The position numbers and the translations under genes were made by a program. A model generated the notes under the pieces. It saw only the letters and a list, made by a program, of their open reading frames with translations, was not told where the DNA came from and did not search any database. From assembly GCA_963733675.1 (NCBI GenBank), contig CAVTET010000012.1:96001-160000 (forward strand): DNA of 64,000 bases, written 5' to 3'. Below, one piece after another: positions 22,822-34,366 of this stretch. Origin of the DNA: an uncultured Methanosarcinaceae archaeon. GTDB lineage: Archaea > Halobacteriota > Methanosarcinia > Methanosarcinales > Methanosarcinaceae. How positions within the stretch are numbered: the first letter of the stretch is position 1; every line of letters starts with the position of its first letter.

Positions 22822-23539
22822 TGGCTCTCACTTGGAAAAATTATATATAATTGATATTTTGATTTTAAAAATTGCTTTTAAGCTCTAGATATAGCAAGTA
22901 TTGATAAAGCTTAACTCTTGCTGGTCATTAAATTCAAACTTTTGAAGATGCTGCTTTTTGATGCTTGGCGAATTCTTTTATTCATCTATTTTTATCAAAT
23001 AGTTAGTATTATGTATAAATAAAGACAGTTATATTTTTGGAAACTAAGTTTCTGAACAAAATATATTAAAATCAGTTTTGAGTCTCTGCCTATCTGAAGA
23101 GCAATCGAGAAGTGGCGTGAAGAACAGATAGAAAAATGGAAAATGAAGGTCTGAGCTCCATAATTCAAGATACTTTAATATATTTTTCTAAAACTATGTC
23201 ATGCTAAGATTCTGGAAGTTGCGTAACTAATAACTTCTTAAGTGAGCTATAAAAATTTGTTAAAATTTCAACTTATATTTAGCAGCTATACATTTTCATA
23301 TTTAGTGATTGGCTGCATGTCTTTTTATAGGCACGCATGCAAGCTTCTATAGTGAAGTATTGCTAAATTGTCCTCTTCATATGATATCATTTTTTATAGC
23401 TCATTCAATAATCTCGCCAAATAATCATTATACCTAAAATGAAATGATCTGCTAATACTCTCCAAGCTTGAACTGACCCTGTAGCTTTATATCTTTATGC
23501 AGCGAATTATTAGGCATAGATTATTTTTAAGAGCTGAAT

Positions 23540-25532
23540 ATGCCAAGAGGGACTATAATAGGTAATGGTAGGCTGGCTATCGCTTTTGATAGGGAATCGA
23601 GGGTCAGAGATCTATATTATCCCCAAATAGGCCTAGAGAATCATGTAGGAGGCCATATTTTTAGGAATGGCGTTTGGGTAGATGGAAAATTCAGATGGGT
23701 CGATGGCAGCTGGGGTATTAAGATGGAATACATGCCTGAGACGCTAGTCAGCAGGACCAGAGCTAGTCATTCTGAGTTGGGCATCACTATAGAAACCAAT
23801 GAAGGAGTCCATAATTATTTGGATGTTTACCTTAAGAAATTGATTATCCATAACAACGAGGATTCACTTAGGAAAGCTAGGCTCTTTTTCAGTCATGATT
23901 TTCATATCTACGGCGATGCATTTGGCGATACTGTAATGTACGACTCTGCTCTAAACTCTATAATCCATTATAAACGTATGCGCTACTTCCTTATTGATGG
24001 CATAACTAGTCAAGGCAAAGGAATCCACCAGTTTGCTACCGGAAGCAAGGAGATACCCGGCATGACAGGCACCTGGGTGGATGCAGAGGACGGACTACTT
24101 AGTGGATTCCCCATTTCCCAAGGATCTGTAGATTAGACAGTTTCCTTTGAGCTTGATCTGGCTCCTAAATCATATGAAATACTCTATTACTGGATAGCCT
24201 GTGGCCAAGATTTGAATGATGTCCAAAATATGGATTCTAGGGTTAAAAAGACTGGCGTAGAACAACTACTCCTAGAGACTGAAAACTATTTTGCCGCTTG
24301 GGTGGACAAGAAGGGATCGAACCTTAGCATTTTGCCTAACGAGATAACAAAAATGTTCAAGCAATCATTGCTGATAATGAGAGCAGGCATGGATAACGGT
24401 GGTGGCATAATTGCCTCATGTGATTCAGATAACCTTCAATTCAATAGAGATACCTATGCATATATATGGATGAGGGATGGAGCTTTTATAGCCAATCCTT
24501 GGGACCTAGCAGCCGTTCAGGATGTCTCTAGACTTTTCTTTCAGTTTTGCAATAAGACGATAACTACTAAAGGGTATTTCCATCATAAGTATGCTCCAGA
24601 TGGCTCTGTAGGCAGCAGCTGGCTCGCATCCATCGGCCAAAACGGCAGAATTCAGCTTCCAATTCAGGAAGATGAGACTGCTATTGTTCTCTATGCCCTT
24701 TGGAAACACTTTGAGAACCACAATGATATCGAGTTCATAGCGAAAGTTTACGATAAGCTGGTGGTAAAGGCTTCAGAGTTTCTTCTGGATTATATTGATC
24801 CCAAAACAGGGCTTCTCAGGCCATCCTTTGATCTCTGGGAGGAAAAAGCAGGGACATTTACCTGGACCGTCTCTGCAGTCTATGCTGCCCTAATAGCAGC
24901 TGCTAATTTTGCAAAGGTATTCTTTGATAGATATCATTATGATGTCTTGTGCAGTGCTGCAAAAAGTATCAGAAAAGCAATGATTACCTATCTATATAAT
25001 GGCAATATGCACAGATTTGCTAAAGCGATCAATGAAGACGGGTCTCAGGATATGACCATAAACAGCAGCCTGTCAGGAGTCTTTTTATTCGAAGTTTTTG
25101 ATGCATCTGACGAAGTCGTCGAGGGCACAATGAGGGCAGTTGCGGATAAACTCTGGGTAAAAACGGATATAGGGGGCGTTTCACGCTATGAGAATGATGG
25201 ATACTTCCGTGTCTCAAAAAATGTTGCAGGAAACCCATGGTTCATCTGCACCCTCTGGCTAGCTAGGTGGTACATTGGCCAGGGCTTCTAGACTAGATCA
25301 GCTCAAAAAAGGCTTAGATTTGCTTTTCTGGGCTACAAAACACGCTCAACCTTCAGGGGTAATGGGGGAGCAGATAGATCCCAATACTGGAGTACCTTTG
25401 AGTGTTTCTCCACTATTCTGGAGCCATGCGAAATTTGTAATCGCTGTGTGCGAATATTTGAAAAGGTATAACGAGATATCATCTTTTGTCGCCAGCCAGA
25501 GCAGGGATCCATATGTACCTAAAACTATGTAA
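23540..25532 (+). pseudogene. GH15 glucoamylase/trehalase-like, disrupted
   Basis: IGNGR, YIWMRDG, DLWEE, GEQ..PLFWSHA; in-frame TAG at 24134-24136 plus a +1 frameshift near 25277. Confidence 0.88.
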
Positions 25533-25902
25533 TACGAATAATGTTCCCGTTGGAAGTATGAAGAAATTCTATCTGAGGGAGCAGGAGTTTTTAGTTGTCA
25601 ATTTAAATAGCCAGTTCCACTGCCTTGATGGTAGGTGCACCCATGCAGGGGCACCCCTAGCAGAAGGGACTCTGGAAGGGGAAGTCCTTACCTGCCCATG
25701 GCATTATTCACGATTCAAAATTACAGATGGATCAGTGATTAATGGACCTGCGATGAAGCCCCTGAATGTTTACCGATATGAGATAAAGGATGGTCAGTTG
25801 TTGTTGGAGCTTAAGACGAAGACACTGTTTTTATACTTTATGAGATTCCGTTGCAAAAAATCTGGCTTTCATGCAAAATCAGAAAAAACCCTTAACAATT
25901 AG
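25513..25902 (+). CDS. Rieske [2Fe-2S] ferredoxin
   Basis: CTHAG and CPWH motifs; 3' end reads into the IS6-ended mini-element. Confidence 0.88.
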   Translation: MYLKLCNTNNVPVGSMKKFYLREQEFLVVNLNSQFHCLDGRCTHAGAPLAEGTLEGEVLTCPWHYSRFKITDGSVINGPAMKPLNVYRYEIKDGQLLLELKTKTLFLYFMRFRCKKSGFHAKSEKTLNN

Positions 25903-25994
25903 GAAAGGTAATCATTTTCATTAGAAAGAAAATGACATATAAAGGTGAAAATTATAGTGTCAAATTGCAGAAATATTATTTTTACAACGGAACC
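25844..25994. mobile_element. Non-autonomous 151-bp element with IS6 TIRs
   Basis: GATTCCGTTGCAAAAAA...TTTTTACAACGGAACC; no transposase inside. Confidence 0.75.
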
Positions 25995-26118
25995 ATATCT
26001 AATATAGGAATATGCTTGTTTCCTTCTGTAAGTAGTCGATTAAATGCAAAAAAGATAATAAGAACCACATCTATACTAAAGAATCATCATTCTTTGGATT
26101 AATTTTGTGGCTACATGT

Positions 26119-26973
26119 GGTTCCGTTGCAAAAAAAGATGAGACCGATACTATGAAATAAATAGGAATTTAAGAATATATAATATGCCAGTAAATGCCTT
26201 TAGATGGAAACACTTTGTAGGATAAATCATTCTGCAAACGGTAAGATGGTACTTAAAATATCCATTGAGCTATATAAATTTAAAGGAAATGATGATAGAA
26301 AGAAGAATTCAAGTTGATCACAGTACTATAATGAGATGGGTACATCAATATTCCCTTGAAATAGAAAAGAAGATAAGAAGACATTTAAGAACAACAAATG
26401 ATTCGTGGAGAGTTGATGAAACCTATATCAAAGTAAAAGGTAAATGGAAATTTTTTTACCGAGCAGGTGACTCAGATGGGGACATAATCGATTTCATGTT
26501 AAGTGCAAAACGAAATAGAAAAGCAGCGAAGAGATTCTTTAAGAAAGCTTCGAGTTCTAATCATAATCAAATTCCAAGAGTAATAACCGTTGATAAAAAT
26601 CCTGCTCATCCACCTGCTATAGGTAAACTGAAAAATGATAAAATACTACCTAAAAACGTAGGTATTCGACAAATCAAGTATTTGAATAACATTATAGAAC
26701 AAGATCATAGATCTATAAAGCGAATCGTTAATCCAATGTTAGGATTTCAGTCTTTTCGGTCTGCTAATAAGACTTTAAAAGGAATTGAAGCTATAAATAT
26801 GATCAAAAAAGGACAAGTAAATGATCTAAATTACTCTGTTCTTAATGAAGTCAAATACATTAATCAATTATTTGGTATAGTTTTATAATGTTAGTACATT
26901 TTCCTTGAATATTTTGATTTTTATTCATTACTTATAGATTTACATATTTTGTTGAATTTTTTGCAACGGAACC
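26119..26973 (+). mobile_element. IS6-family element copy 5, chimeric left end, early TAA
   Basis: Both TIRs; 5' part encodes MPVNAFRWKHFVG*IILQTVRW, unlike the other copies; the remainder matches them. Confidence 0.92.
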
Positions 26974-27393
26974 TTTTCGTTCATTCTCTTTAAAGATTAA
27001 CATGCATTTTTGTTTTAAATTTTTTTTGGAATTTATGAAGTTATTACCTTTAAGAGTGTAAAAAGCATTAGTTTTTTCTTCATTTACTGACTACTTTTGA
27101 ATATTTCAGATTTTTAACAAAAGACCAGACTACCTATATCTGTTGCTATTAGTAAAAAAATTCGTCAAATAAGCCGATGGAATAGTATCACTTAGTGATA
27201 TATTTCCCATTATATCTATTACTAAGTTTTTTATAATTTTTACGCATTTTCAGATATTCTATAATCCAAAAAATAAAAGATATTAGGTTTCATATCAATT
27301 TTGCGTAATAAATTCCTTATAGAATTTAAGCAATCATCGATATCAAACTCATCTTTTGTATAATATTTATTTTTTCCAGTGCTCTAAAAATCT

Positions 27394-28278
27394 TTATTCT
27401 CCGTTATGGTCTTCAGTACCAACCTTTGATTTTTTCGAGTTAATTTCATTCGCTTTGTTTTGTGCATTTACTGCTTCATCATATCTCTTTAATTCATTTA
27501 GAGGATCTACTTTGTTGTTCCAAGCATCTGAATTCTGTGGGTTAATTTCAAGTGCTTTGTCATATGCTCTTAATGCTTCATCGTATTTATTTTGTTGAGA
27601 TAGAGCATCTCCTACATTGTTCCAAGCATTTTCATCTTTCGGGTTAATTTTAATTGCTTTATCATATGCTCTTAATGCTTCATCGAATTTATTTTGTTTA
27701 GATAGAGCATCTCCTTTATTATTCCAAGCATCCGAATTTTGAGGGTTAATTTCAGTTGCTTTGTCATAGGCTTTTATTGCTTCATCGTATCTATTTTGTT
27801 TAGCTAAAGCATCTCCTTTAATGTTCCAAGCATCTTCGTCTTGTGGGTCAATTTCAATTTCCGTGTCATTTGGCTTTAATGCTTCATTATTTTTATTTTG
27901 CTGAGATAGAGTATCTCCTCCATTGTTCCAAGCATTCTTGCTCTGCGAGTTAATTCCAATTACTTTGTCATATATTTCAATCGCTTTTTGATATGGTTTT
28001 AATGCTTTATCGTATTTATTTTGTTGTGAGAAAGCAGCTCCGTTAGTGTTCCAAATCATTGGATCCTGAGGGTTAATTGCAATTTCTGTTTCATATGGTT
28101 GAAATGCTTCATCGTATCTATTTTGTTGTGATAAAGCATCTCCGTTAGTGTTCCAAATCATTGGATCCTGCGCCGCGCCTGCGATTCTTACTAAAATCAA
28201 AAACACCAGCACAGCCATTCCTATAAATATTGTAAATGTGTGCTCTCTACTTGTTTCATGATATGTAGCTTTTCCCAT
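27394..28278 (-). CDS. TPR-repeat protein with N-terminal signal/TM segment
   Basis: About six 34-aa repeats (AWNNKGDAL..QNRYDEA..AYDKA.EINP), visible as 102-bp DNA repeats. Confidence 0.88.
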   Translation of the reverse strand: MGKATYHETSREHTFTIFIGMAVLVFLILVRIAGAAQDPMIWNTNGDALSQQNRYDEAFQPYETEIAINPQDPMIWNTNGAAFSQQNKYDKALKPYQKAIEIYDKVIGINSQSKNAWNNGGDTLSQQNKNNEALKPNDTEIEIDPQDEDAWNIKGDALAKQNRYDEAIKAYDKATEINPQNSDAWNNKGDALSKQNKFDEALRAYDKAIKINPKDENAWNNVGDALSQQNKYDEALRAYDKALEINPQNSDAWNNKVDPLNELKRYDEAVNAQNKANEINSKKSKVGTEDHNGE

Positions 28279-28343
28279 TTTTAGCCTCTAATGTTTGTTC
28301 AGATATTACAGCTGAAAAATAACTACAACTTGCTATATACTAT

Positions 28344-28432
28344 AGAAGTTTTCAATAAACCACTAATTTTCACGAGTCAATTATAGACCCTTATAAATAT
28401 ATGATGAAAGTTAGGGGTTTATCAAAGTCTCT
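28344..28432. mobile_element. MITE family A copy (degenerate)
   Basis: AGAAGTTTTCAATAAA...TTTATCAAAGTCTCT, 89 bp. Confidence 0.5.
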
Positions 28433-28977
28433 TACATTTATATATATATAATTATAAGACCTTTTGCATATTAATTTCTTAAACTCTGTATAACAGTTGC
28501 AACGAGCTCAGTACCTGGAGCCTATATTTATCTTCATCAAAAAGAACTATACTGAGGTGATCCACAAAAATTTAAACTATTATTCATACAAGCCGATCTT
28601 GTCGGCTATAATATCAAAGCAGCAACCGTTTCAATCAATGTAACGAAGATTTTAATCCTGATAGCAGAACCTGTGGATGTAGAATAACCTTGAAACCGAT
28701 CCGCAAGTTCAATCACTGAATTTATTAAAATTCCCAGTTGGAAATTTTGATATGTATATTTTGAAACCAATTTATTAAGCATTTTAGTCCCTTTTGTCGA
28801 GCGTAATTGGCTTTAAAATTTGAAACCATTATAAAATAAAAAAGCTTAAAATAAGAAAATTGGCGAGGAATTATCCGACATAAGTGATGTGATCGTGAAC
28901 ATGATTTTCATATGAGATTATAAGATATCATAAGAGTTTACACGCGATCAGATGAAAATTCACGATCAATAAGCTTT

Positions 28978-30109
28978 AGAGGATTCGAATTTACCTATAT
29001 TTTTTTTTCGTGAAATTCCTGTTTCAAATCTTTCCCACTAATTTATGTATTTAACCCCATTTTTCCTTATCCTGTTCATTATTATTTGATTTTAAAGATA
29101 GCTCCTGCTATCGTTAAAACACTCCTTTTATTTCCAATGTACTAAATTGATAGAGATTATAACAAAAAGTTGTACACAACATCATTAGATTCACCCTTTG
29201 AATAGTAGTGACAAAAATTTTCCTGCTTTAAATATTTTTAGAGTCACTGCATAAACTCTTTCTCTTATAACTCTTTTTGAACTTATCCTTTTGTTTCTTA
29301 ATATATTTCTTATTGCTAGAGGAGATCCTTTTACTGCTCTTTTCGTTGTTGCAGTATAACCTTTTGATTTTGCTCCAAAATATCCTCTGTACCTGTAAAC
29401 CACTTACTCTTTTTCTGATAAATTTACATACGGATCATGAAGTGATACAGTTGTCGTTTTGAATCTTCTGTCCAGCTCATAATTTCTGTCTGTTATGCTA
29501 TGATGCTTATAGCCAGAGTGGGAATTTCCACTATTTTTTAACCGTGTTCCATCTCTGCTTCTCCTTGTTCTTGCTTCACTTTCTCGAGGTTTATCCGTTT
29601 TTGCATGTTCAGAACCTGAATAGATAAAAATAGCCTATTAATTAGTCCCTTTTTAATCTCAAAACAAGGCAATCAAATTGCCTTTGCAACTGTCCCCATA
29701 TTTCTTCCTATAAAGTCTTAACAAATCTTTTTCTGAATGAACAAACTATAGTGCTTCTTTTATATATTCAAGAAAAAAATTCTCCAAAGAAAGTCAACCA
29801 ATTTATTGCTTTCCATGTTCAAAGCCGGAAAGATCATGCATTATTATAAAAAAATATTCTAAACATAACGATTTCATAGGCTTTAGGTCTACATAGTACT
29901 GTTTTGTTGAAATATATGACTCAAAATTTATAAGAAAAGATTTCTAATCAATTACTTAATAAATCTCTTCAATTTGGTCTCCAAAGACCGAAGACTTTTG
30001 TATTCTTCTTTAAGTGCAAAATCAGTAAAATTACCTATGAACAAAAATTAATATTGAGAAATTTGAACTAACAAATACTCATATGCATAGGGATTTATCG
30101 AAATTCTCT
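28978..30109 (-). mobile_element. Decayed IS5-family element
   Basis: Fragments FTDFALKEEYK, VYRYRGYFGAKSKGY, RNKRISSKR..RERVYAV; end GGATTTATCGAAATTCTCT at 30109. Confidence 0.8.
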
Positions 30110-30912
30110 ATGGTATTTGCTGATAACGTCGTGATATAATCCAGAAATGACAATAGGATATAATTACTATTTAATTATAAATATTTTTTAGAATATTTTC
30201 TAAAAATGAGTCATGAAAAAGTAAATATCATTCGGGGAAAATGGTAATACTTAATTTATATATAATTTTTATTCCATGTTAAAAGATTCTATAGAAAAGA
30301 ATTTATTTTTGGGAACTATTTTTTTAGAAACAATTTTGAATGATAATTTTAAGATATATAGACCCAGCTAAGAAATATAATCTACAGAGATGCTCTAAAA
30401 TAAAAAAGTGTTAAATGTATATCATATGTATGATATTTCAAATATAAATTTTAGGAAGATATTAAAATTGAGGAATCAGGAATAAATTTGTACCAAGGAT
30501 TTTGGTAACATTAATCGTTATGATAATTATTCTCAATGATAATAACTTCAACGACATTTGCTGCTAATTCTAACGCAAATGGATAAGCAAAGATCAATCG
30601 AAGTATGGAATGCTTAAATTTATAATTGAATCCGAAACATTTAAATTTTAAATAAACTGTTTCTCCATTTCTCGTGACTGAATAATCCTAGCATGATCTT
30701 CAAAAAGTCAACCAGTTTTTGGTATCTACTGTTGGAATGACACTCTCTCAGCAAACACTGAAGAAATCACAATTTTGAATTAGTTGATTCGTGCTATTTA
30801 CATTGTTTGTTAATCGAATAAGGATATTTGCCATTAGATTATTTCCTTTAGAGGATAATTTTTGCCTATTTTAGGAAATCTTTATAAAATCCAGATATAG
30901 ATAATTGAATAC

Positions 30913-31740
30913 ATGACACAACAATTTGGGACACAGCAATTCACTCTTACCATCATATCAGGAAAAAATAGATTTAGGGAGCAGGAAGGATTTGACAGAA
31001 TAGAGATAAGACCAGGGGATACCTTATCAATAGTGGGTCCTACAGGCTCAGGAAAATCAGCACTTATTAATGATATTGAAACCCTTGCACAAGGAGATAC
31101 AGTAACAGGGAGATTTATTCTCATCAACGGGGAAGTTCCTCCAGAGTCCTTTGTACGGGAGCCGGCTTTCAAACCGATTGCCATGATAACCCAAAACACA
31201 CGTTGTTTGGCTGATCTCACAGTCGAAGCATTCCTATTAATGCATATAAGAGCGCGGAGACCTGGTAAGGAAGATTTGCTTGGTGAGACAATAAATCTTG
31301 CAAATACGTTCACTGGAGAAAAAATAGGTCTTAAGAGTCGAATGAGTGCTTTATCCGGAGGCCAAACTAGGTCTCTTATGATCGCAGATGCACTTATAAT
31401 CGGCGATACTCCAATACTTCTTCTCGATGAGATCGAAAATGCAGGCATCTTCAAAAACCGTGTTATGCAAGCTATTCAGGGAGGAAGTAAGGCCGTAGTT
31501 CTTGTAACACACGATCCATATCTCGCTCTTACAGCAGATAGGCGCATAGTGATGAGAAATGGAGGAGTTCACTCTGTGATCAAACCTACAGGACAGGAGC
31601 AAGATATTATAGAAGATCTTGCATTAATTGAAAGCAAGCTCAATCAAATAAGAGAAAAAATCAGACTGGGAACTGCTTTTTCTTCCAGTTCTTCGGAAGC
31701 TTTGATGATTGCAGTTGGACAGGGTGTGACTTCTAAATGA
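30913..31740 (+). CDS. Soluble ABC-type ATPase
   Basis: GPTGSGKS, LSGGQ, LLLDEIEN, LVTHDP; no permease nearby. Confidence 0.88.
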   Translation: MTQQFGTQQFTLTIISGKNRFREQEGFDRIEIRPGDTLSIVGPTGSGKSALINDIETLAQGDTVTGRFILINGEVPPESFVREPAFKPIAMITQNTRCLADLTVEAFLLMHIRARRPGKEDLLGETINLANTFTGEKIGLKSRMSALSGGQTRSLMIADALIIGDTPILLLDEIENAGIFKNRVMQAIQGGSKAVVLVTHDPYLALTADRRIVMRNGGVHSVIKPTGQEQDIIEDLALIESKLNQIREKIRLGTAFSSSSSEALMIAVGQGVTSK

Positions 31741-32441
31741 AGCTCCTCATAATTGCAGGTCCTCCAAGTGGCGGAAAAACTGCTGTGATTCGCCAGATTA
31801 TAAAAAATCTTCCTGAAGATATACTTCCCTCCTTTCTGAAAATTGATGTTGTACATGCAACTGAAGATCAGGAACTTGCAGAAGAATTTTGTATTCCTGT
31901 TAAAAAGGTATATTCCGGAGATGTTTGTCCTGATCACATGGGAATTTTGGTTCTTGATGACGCATTGAACTGGGCTAAAAGCCTATCCAGAAATATTTTG
32001 ATAATCGAAAGTGCAGGCCTCTGTCTGAGGTGTACACCTTATACAACGCAATCTCTTGGAATTGCAGTTATCAGCGCGATATCAGGAACAAATTCACCAC
32101 TCAAAATGGCACCTTTGCTTGCTCTTGCAGATGTCGCAGTTGTTACCAAAACCGACCTTGTGTCACAGGCAGAAAAAGAAGTTTTTAGGGAAAGTATCAA
32201 AAAAGTTGTCCAAGATATTGATATTGTAGAGACAAATGCAATTCAGGGAACCGGGTTAAGATACCTGATGAGACGGATTACCAACCAGCCGGAGATGGGG
32301 TTAGAACCTATAGTACTCAGAGGCTCACCTCCGCTTGGCGTATGCACGATATGTATAGGTAAAAAAGAGATCGGATGGAAAAATCACTTTGGAGTCATCA
32401 GGTCACTGGATATGCCAGATCCTATGTACAGAGGCGACTGA
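31737..32441 (+). CDS. HypB/UreG/CobW-like (G3E) metallochaperone GTPase
   Basis: GPPSGGKT, VCPDH, ESAGLCLRC, TKTD; ATGA overlap with the upstream gene. Confidence 0.85.
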   Translation: MKLLIIAGPPSGGKTAVIRQIIKNLPEDILPSFLKIDVVHATEDQELAEEFCIPVKKVYSGDVCPDHMGILVLDDALNWAKSLSRNILIIESAGLCLRCTPYTTQSLGIAVISAISGTNSPLKMAPLLALADVAVVTKTDLVSQAEKEVFRESIKKVVQDIDIVETNAIQGTGLRYLMRRITNQPEMGLEPIVLRGSPPLGVCTICIGKKEIGWKNHFGVIRSLDMPDPMYRGD

Positions 32442-33100
32442 TGGTTAATAAATGGAGTCCACCAGGGAAAAATTGTGGGGCTTGTGGCTCACATACATGT
32501 TCTGATTTTATTGAACGTCTTGGAGAAGGATCAGCTGATCTAGACCTGTGTCCATTCTACAGCAATGAGAATATCATGGGCCAGGATAATATTGTGACCC
32601 TGGGAAATTCCGAGATTCATATAAAAACTGCTACTTATTCTGGTATAGATGTTACCGGAAAAGAATATGACTTCGTCCTTCTGCCGTTACCGGGTGAACC
32701 ATCAGCACGTAAATTTATAGTACCTTTTAGGGCAGATCTTGTCGAATTGTGGGGGATTAAAAAAGGGGACCTTGTAATTGGTCGTCCTGCAGGACCAGGC
32801 TGTCCTCTGTATCATGCGTTAAGGATCTTGAGCGCAAACTATGTAACAGGTGTACTTGAGTGTCATACCGTAGGCCCTATAGCTGCACGAAAAGAAGATG
32901 CTCATGATGTCCAAGCATATCACGTCCATGCTTTCGAAGGAGTCGTCAGTATTATAAAAAATCCTCCCGTTCTTGGAACCCGCCAGTATTTCCTGCCTAG
33001 TAACTGTATGATGGATCTTGCACATACTGCTCTTGTGAACATGATTTTCCACAAGCCCTTTGGAACTCATGTCCGGCTTGAGGATATAAGGATATTATGA
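32441..33100 (+). CDS. (Fe-S)-binding protein
   Basis: PGKNCGACGSHTC..CP Fe-S domain; start ATG 32441 overlaps the upstream TGA. Confidence 0.8.
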   Translation: MVNKWSPPGKNCGACGSHTCSDFIERLGEGSADLDLCPFYSNENIMGQDNIVTLGNSEIHIKTATYSGIDVTGKEYDFVLLPLPGEPSARKFIVPFRADLVELWGIKKGDLVIGRPAGPGCPLYHALRILSANYVTGVLECHTVGPIAARKEDAHDVQAYHVHAFEGVVSIIKNPPVLGTRQYFLPSNCMMDLAHTALVNMIFHKPFGTHVRLEDIRIL

Positions 33101-34366
33101 AGAATATTGAAGAGATCGGTATACATGAAGAATATTGAAGAGATAAATGGAAAATCACACGTGAAGAAGCAATAATTTTAACAGCTGCCGAGCTCAAATC
33201 CATCGTACGTGATGGTCAAACGATAACTGCTGACGATGTGGATGTGGTTACTACAGGAACATTTGGCGTGATGTCCGGTACGATGGCAGTAATGATGGTA
33301 CCTGTTGTGGAAAAATGTAGTTTTGAGAAAGCGGATTTCATTTGGCTAAATGGTGTCCCTGCTCAGCCTGGCCCCTGTCCAAACGAACGTTTTGGAGTTG
33401 TGGACCTTGTCATTCACGGAACATCACATGAAGATGACCGATATGGTGGGGGACATCTTTTCAGGGATCTTGTAAAAGGAAAAGAAATCGATATCCTTGT
33501 CGAAGCACATGGCAGAACTTATGAAAATAAAGTCACGCTTGAAGATATCGATTTTGCTAGAATAATTATCACAAGACTTGCATTTAAGAATTACCATGCG
33601 CCGGTAAACCCCACCGCAACTACAATTAGCACTATATTCTCTGTGACAGGTCTGACAGGTCCTTTCACAGAAACATCCGTATCAGGATGTGGCGAAATAA
33701 ACCCTTTACAGAATGATTCATCACATAGAATAATCGGCATAGGTACAAGAGTCCTCTTAAATGGAGCTACAGGATATATTATGGGAAAAGGGACCAGATC
33801 CAGCCCAGATAAACCGAATGCCTCGGCTTTTGCAGACATGAAGGCCATGGATCCTGACATGATGGGCGGAATGAAAACTTTCCATGGTCCTGAGTGCCTA
33901 ACTTCACTTGCAGTTGCAATACCTGTTTTAGATGAAGAGATCATGGTTGGGCTAAAAATTCTTGAGTGTGATATTCCATTTCCCGCTTAGGACATAAACA
34001 GGCGTATCGCTCATACAAAAATAAACTACGCGCATATCTGGGAGGGCACCGATAAAGTTATCTGGGTCGACAAGGACAGGTGTCTGAACCATCCCGATTG
34101 TCCTGCAATGCGCATGTGTCCTACAGAAGCAATTTCAGACCGTTTCGTCATCAACAGACATCTCTGTATCAACTGTGGCACCTGTTACCCTACAATGTTC
34201 TGGAGGGGTATTCTGTGCAAGACTGGGAGCCCTAGAATTGGCTGAAGGATCTGTTCCTATTTCGCTAAGACAATCGGACAGAGCCAGGGCAGAAAAGCTC
34301 TGTATGGTTCTTAAAAATCGTATTCAGCATAAATTCATACCAACGAAGATGATGGAACCGCTGTAA
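33097..34366 (+). pseudogene. Methanogenesis marker 16 metalloprotein (COG1900 family), disrupted
   Basis: VDVVTTGTFGVMSGT, GPCPNER, YGGGHLF, SGCGEINP, ferredoxin CINCGTC, LRQSDR. Duplicated start (33097-33116 = 33125-33144), two frameshifts, TAG at 33988. Confidence 0.85.

Noticed and set aside
27394-28170. 102-bp periodic repeats as a CRISPR array
   Set aside because: They are in-frame TPR coding repeats with no unique spacers. No CRISPR array or cas gene was seen in the window.
16489-33990. Several in-frame TAG codons (16489, 21977, 24134, 33988) as evidence of wholesale amber/pyrrolysine recoding
   Set aside because: Each gene also carries frameshifts or TAA/TGA stops, so read-through would not rescue it. 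TAG also serves as the natural stop of the NRPS and amidohydrolase genes.
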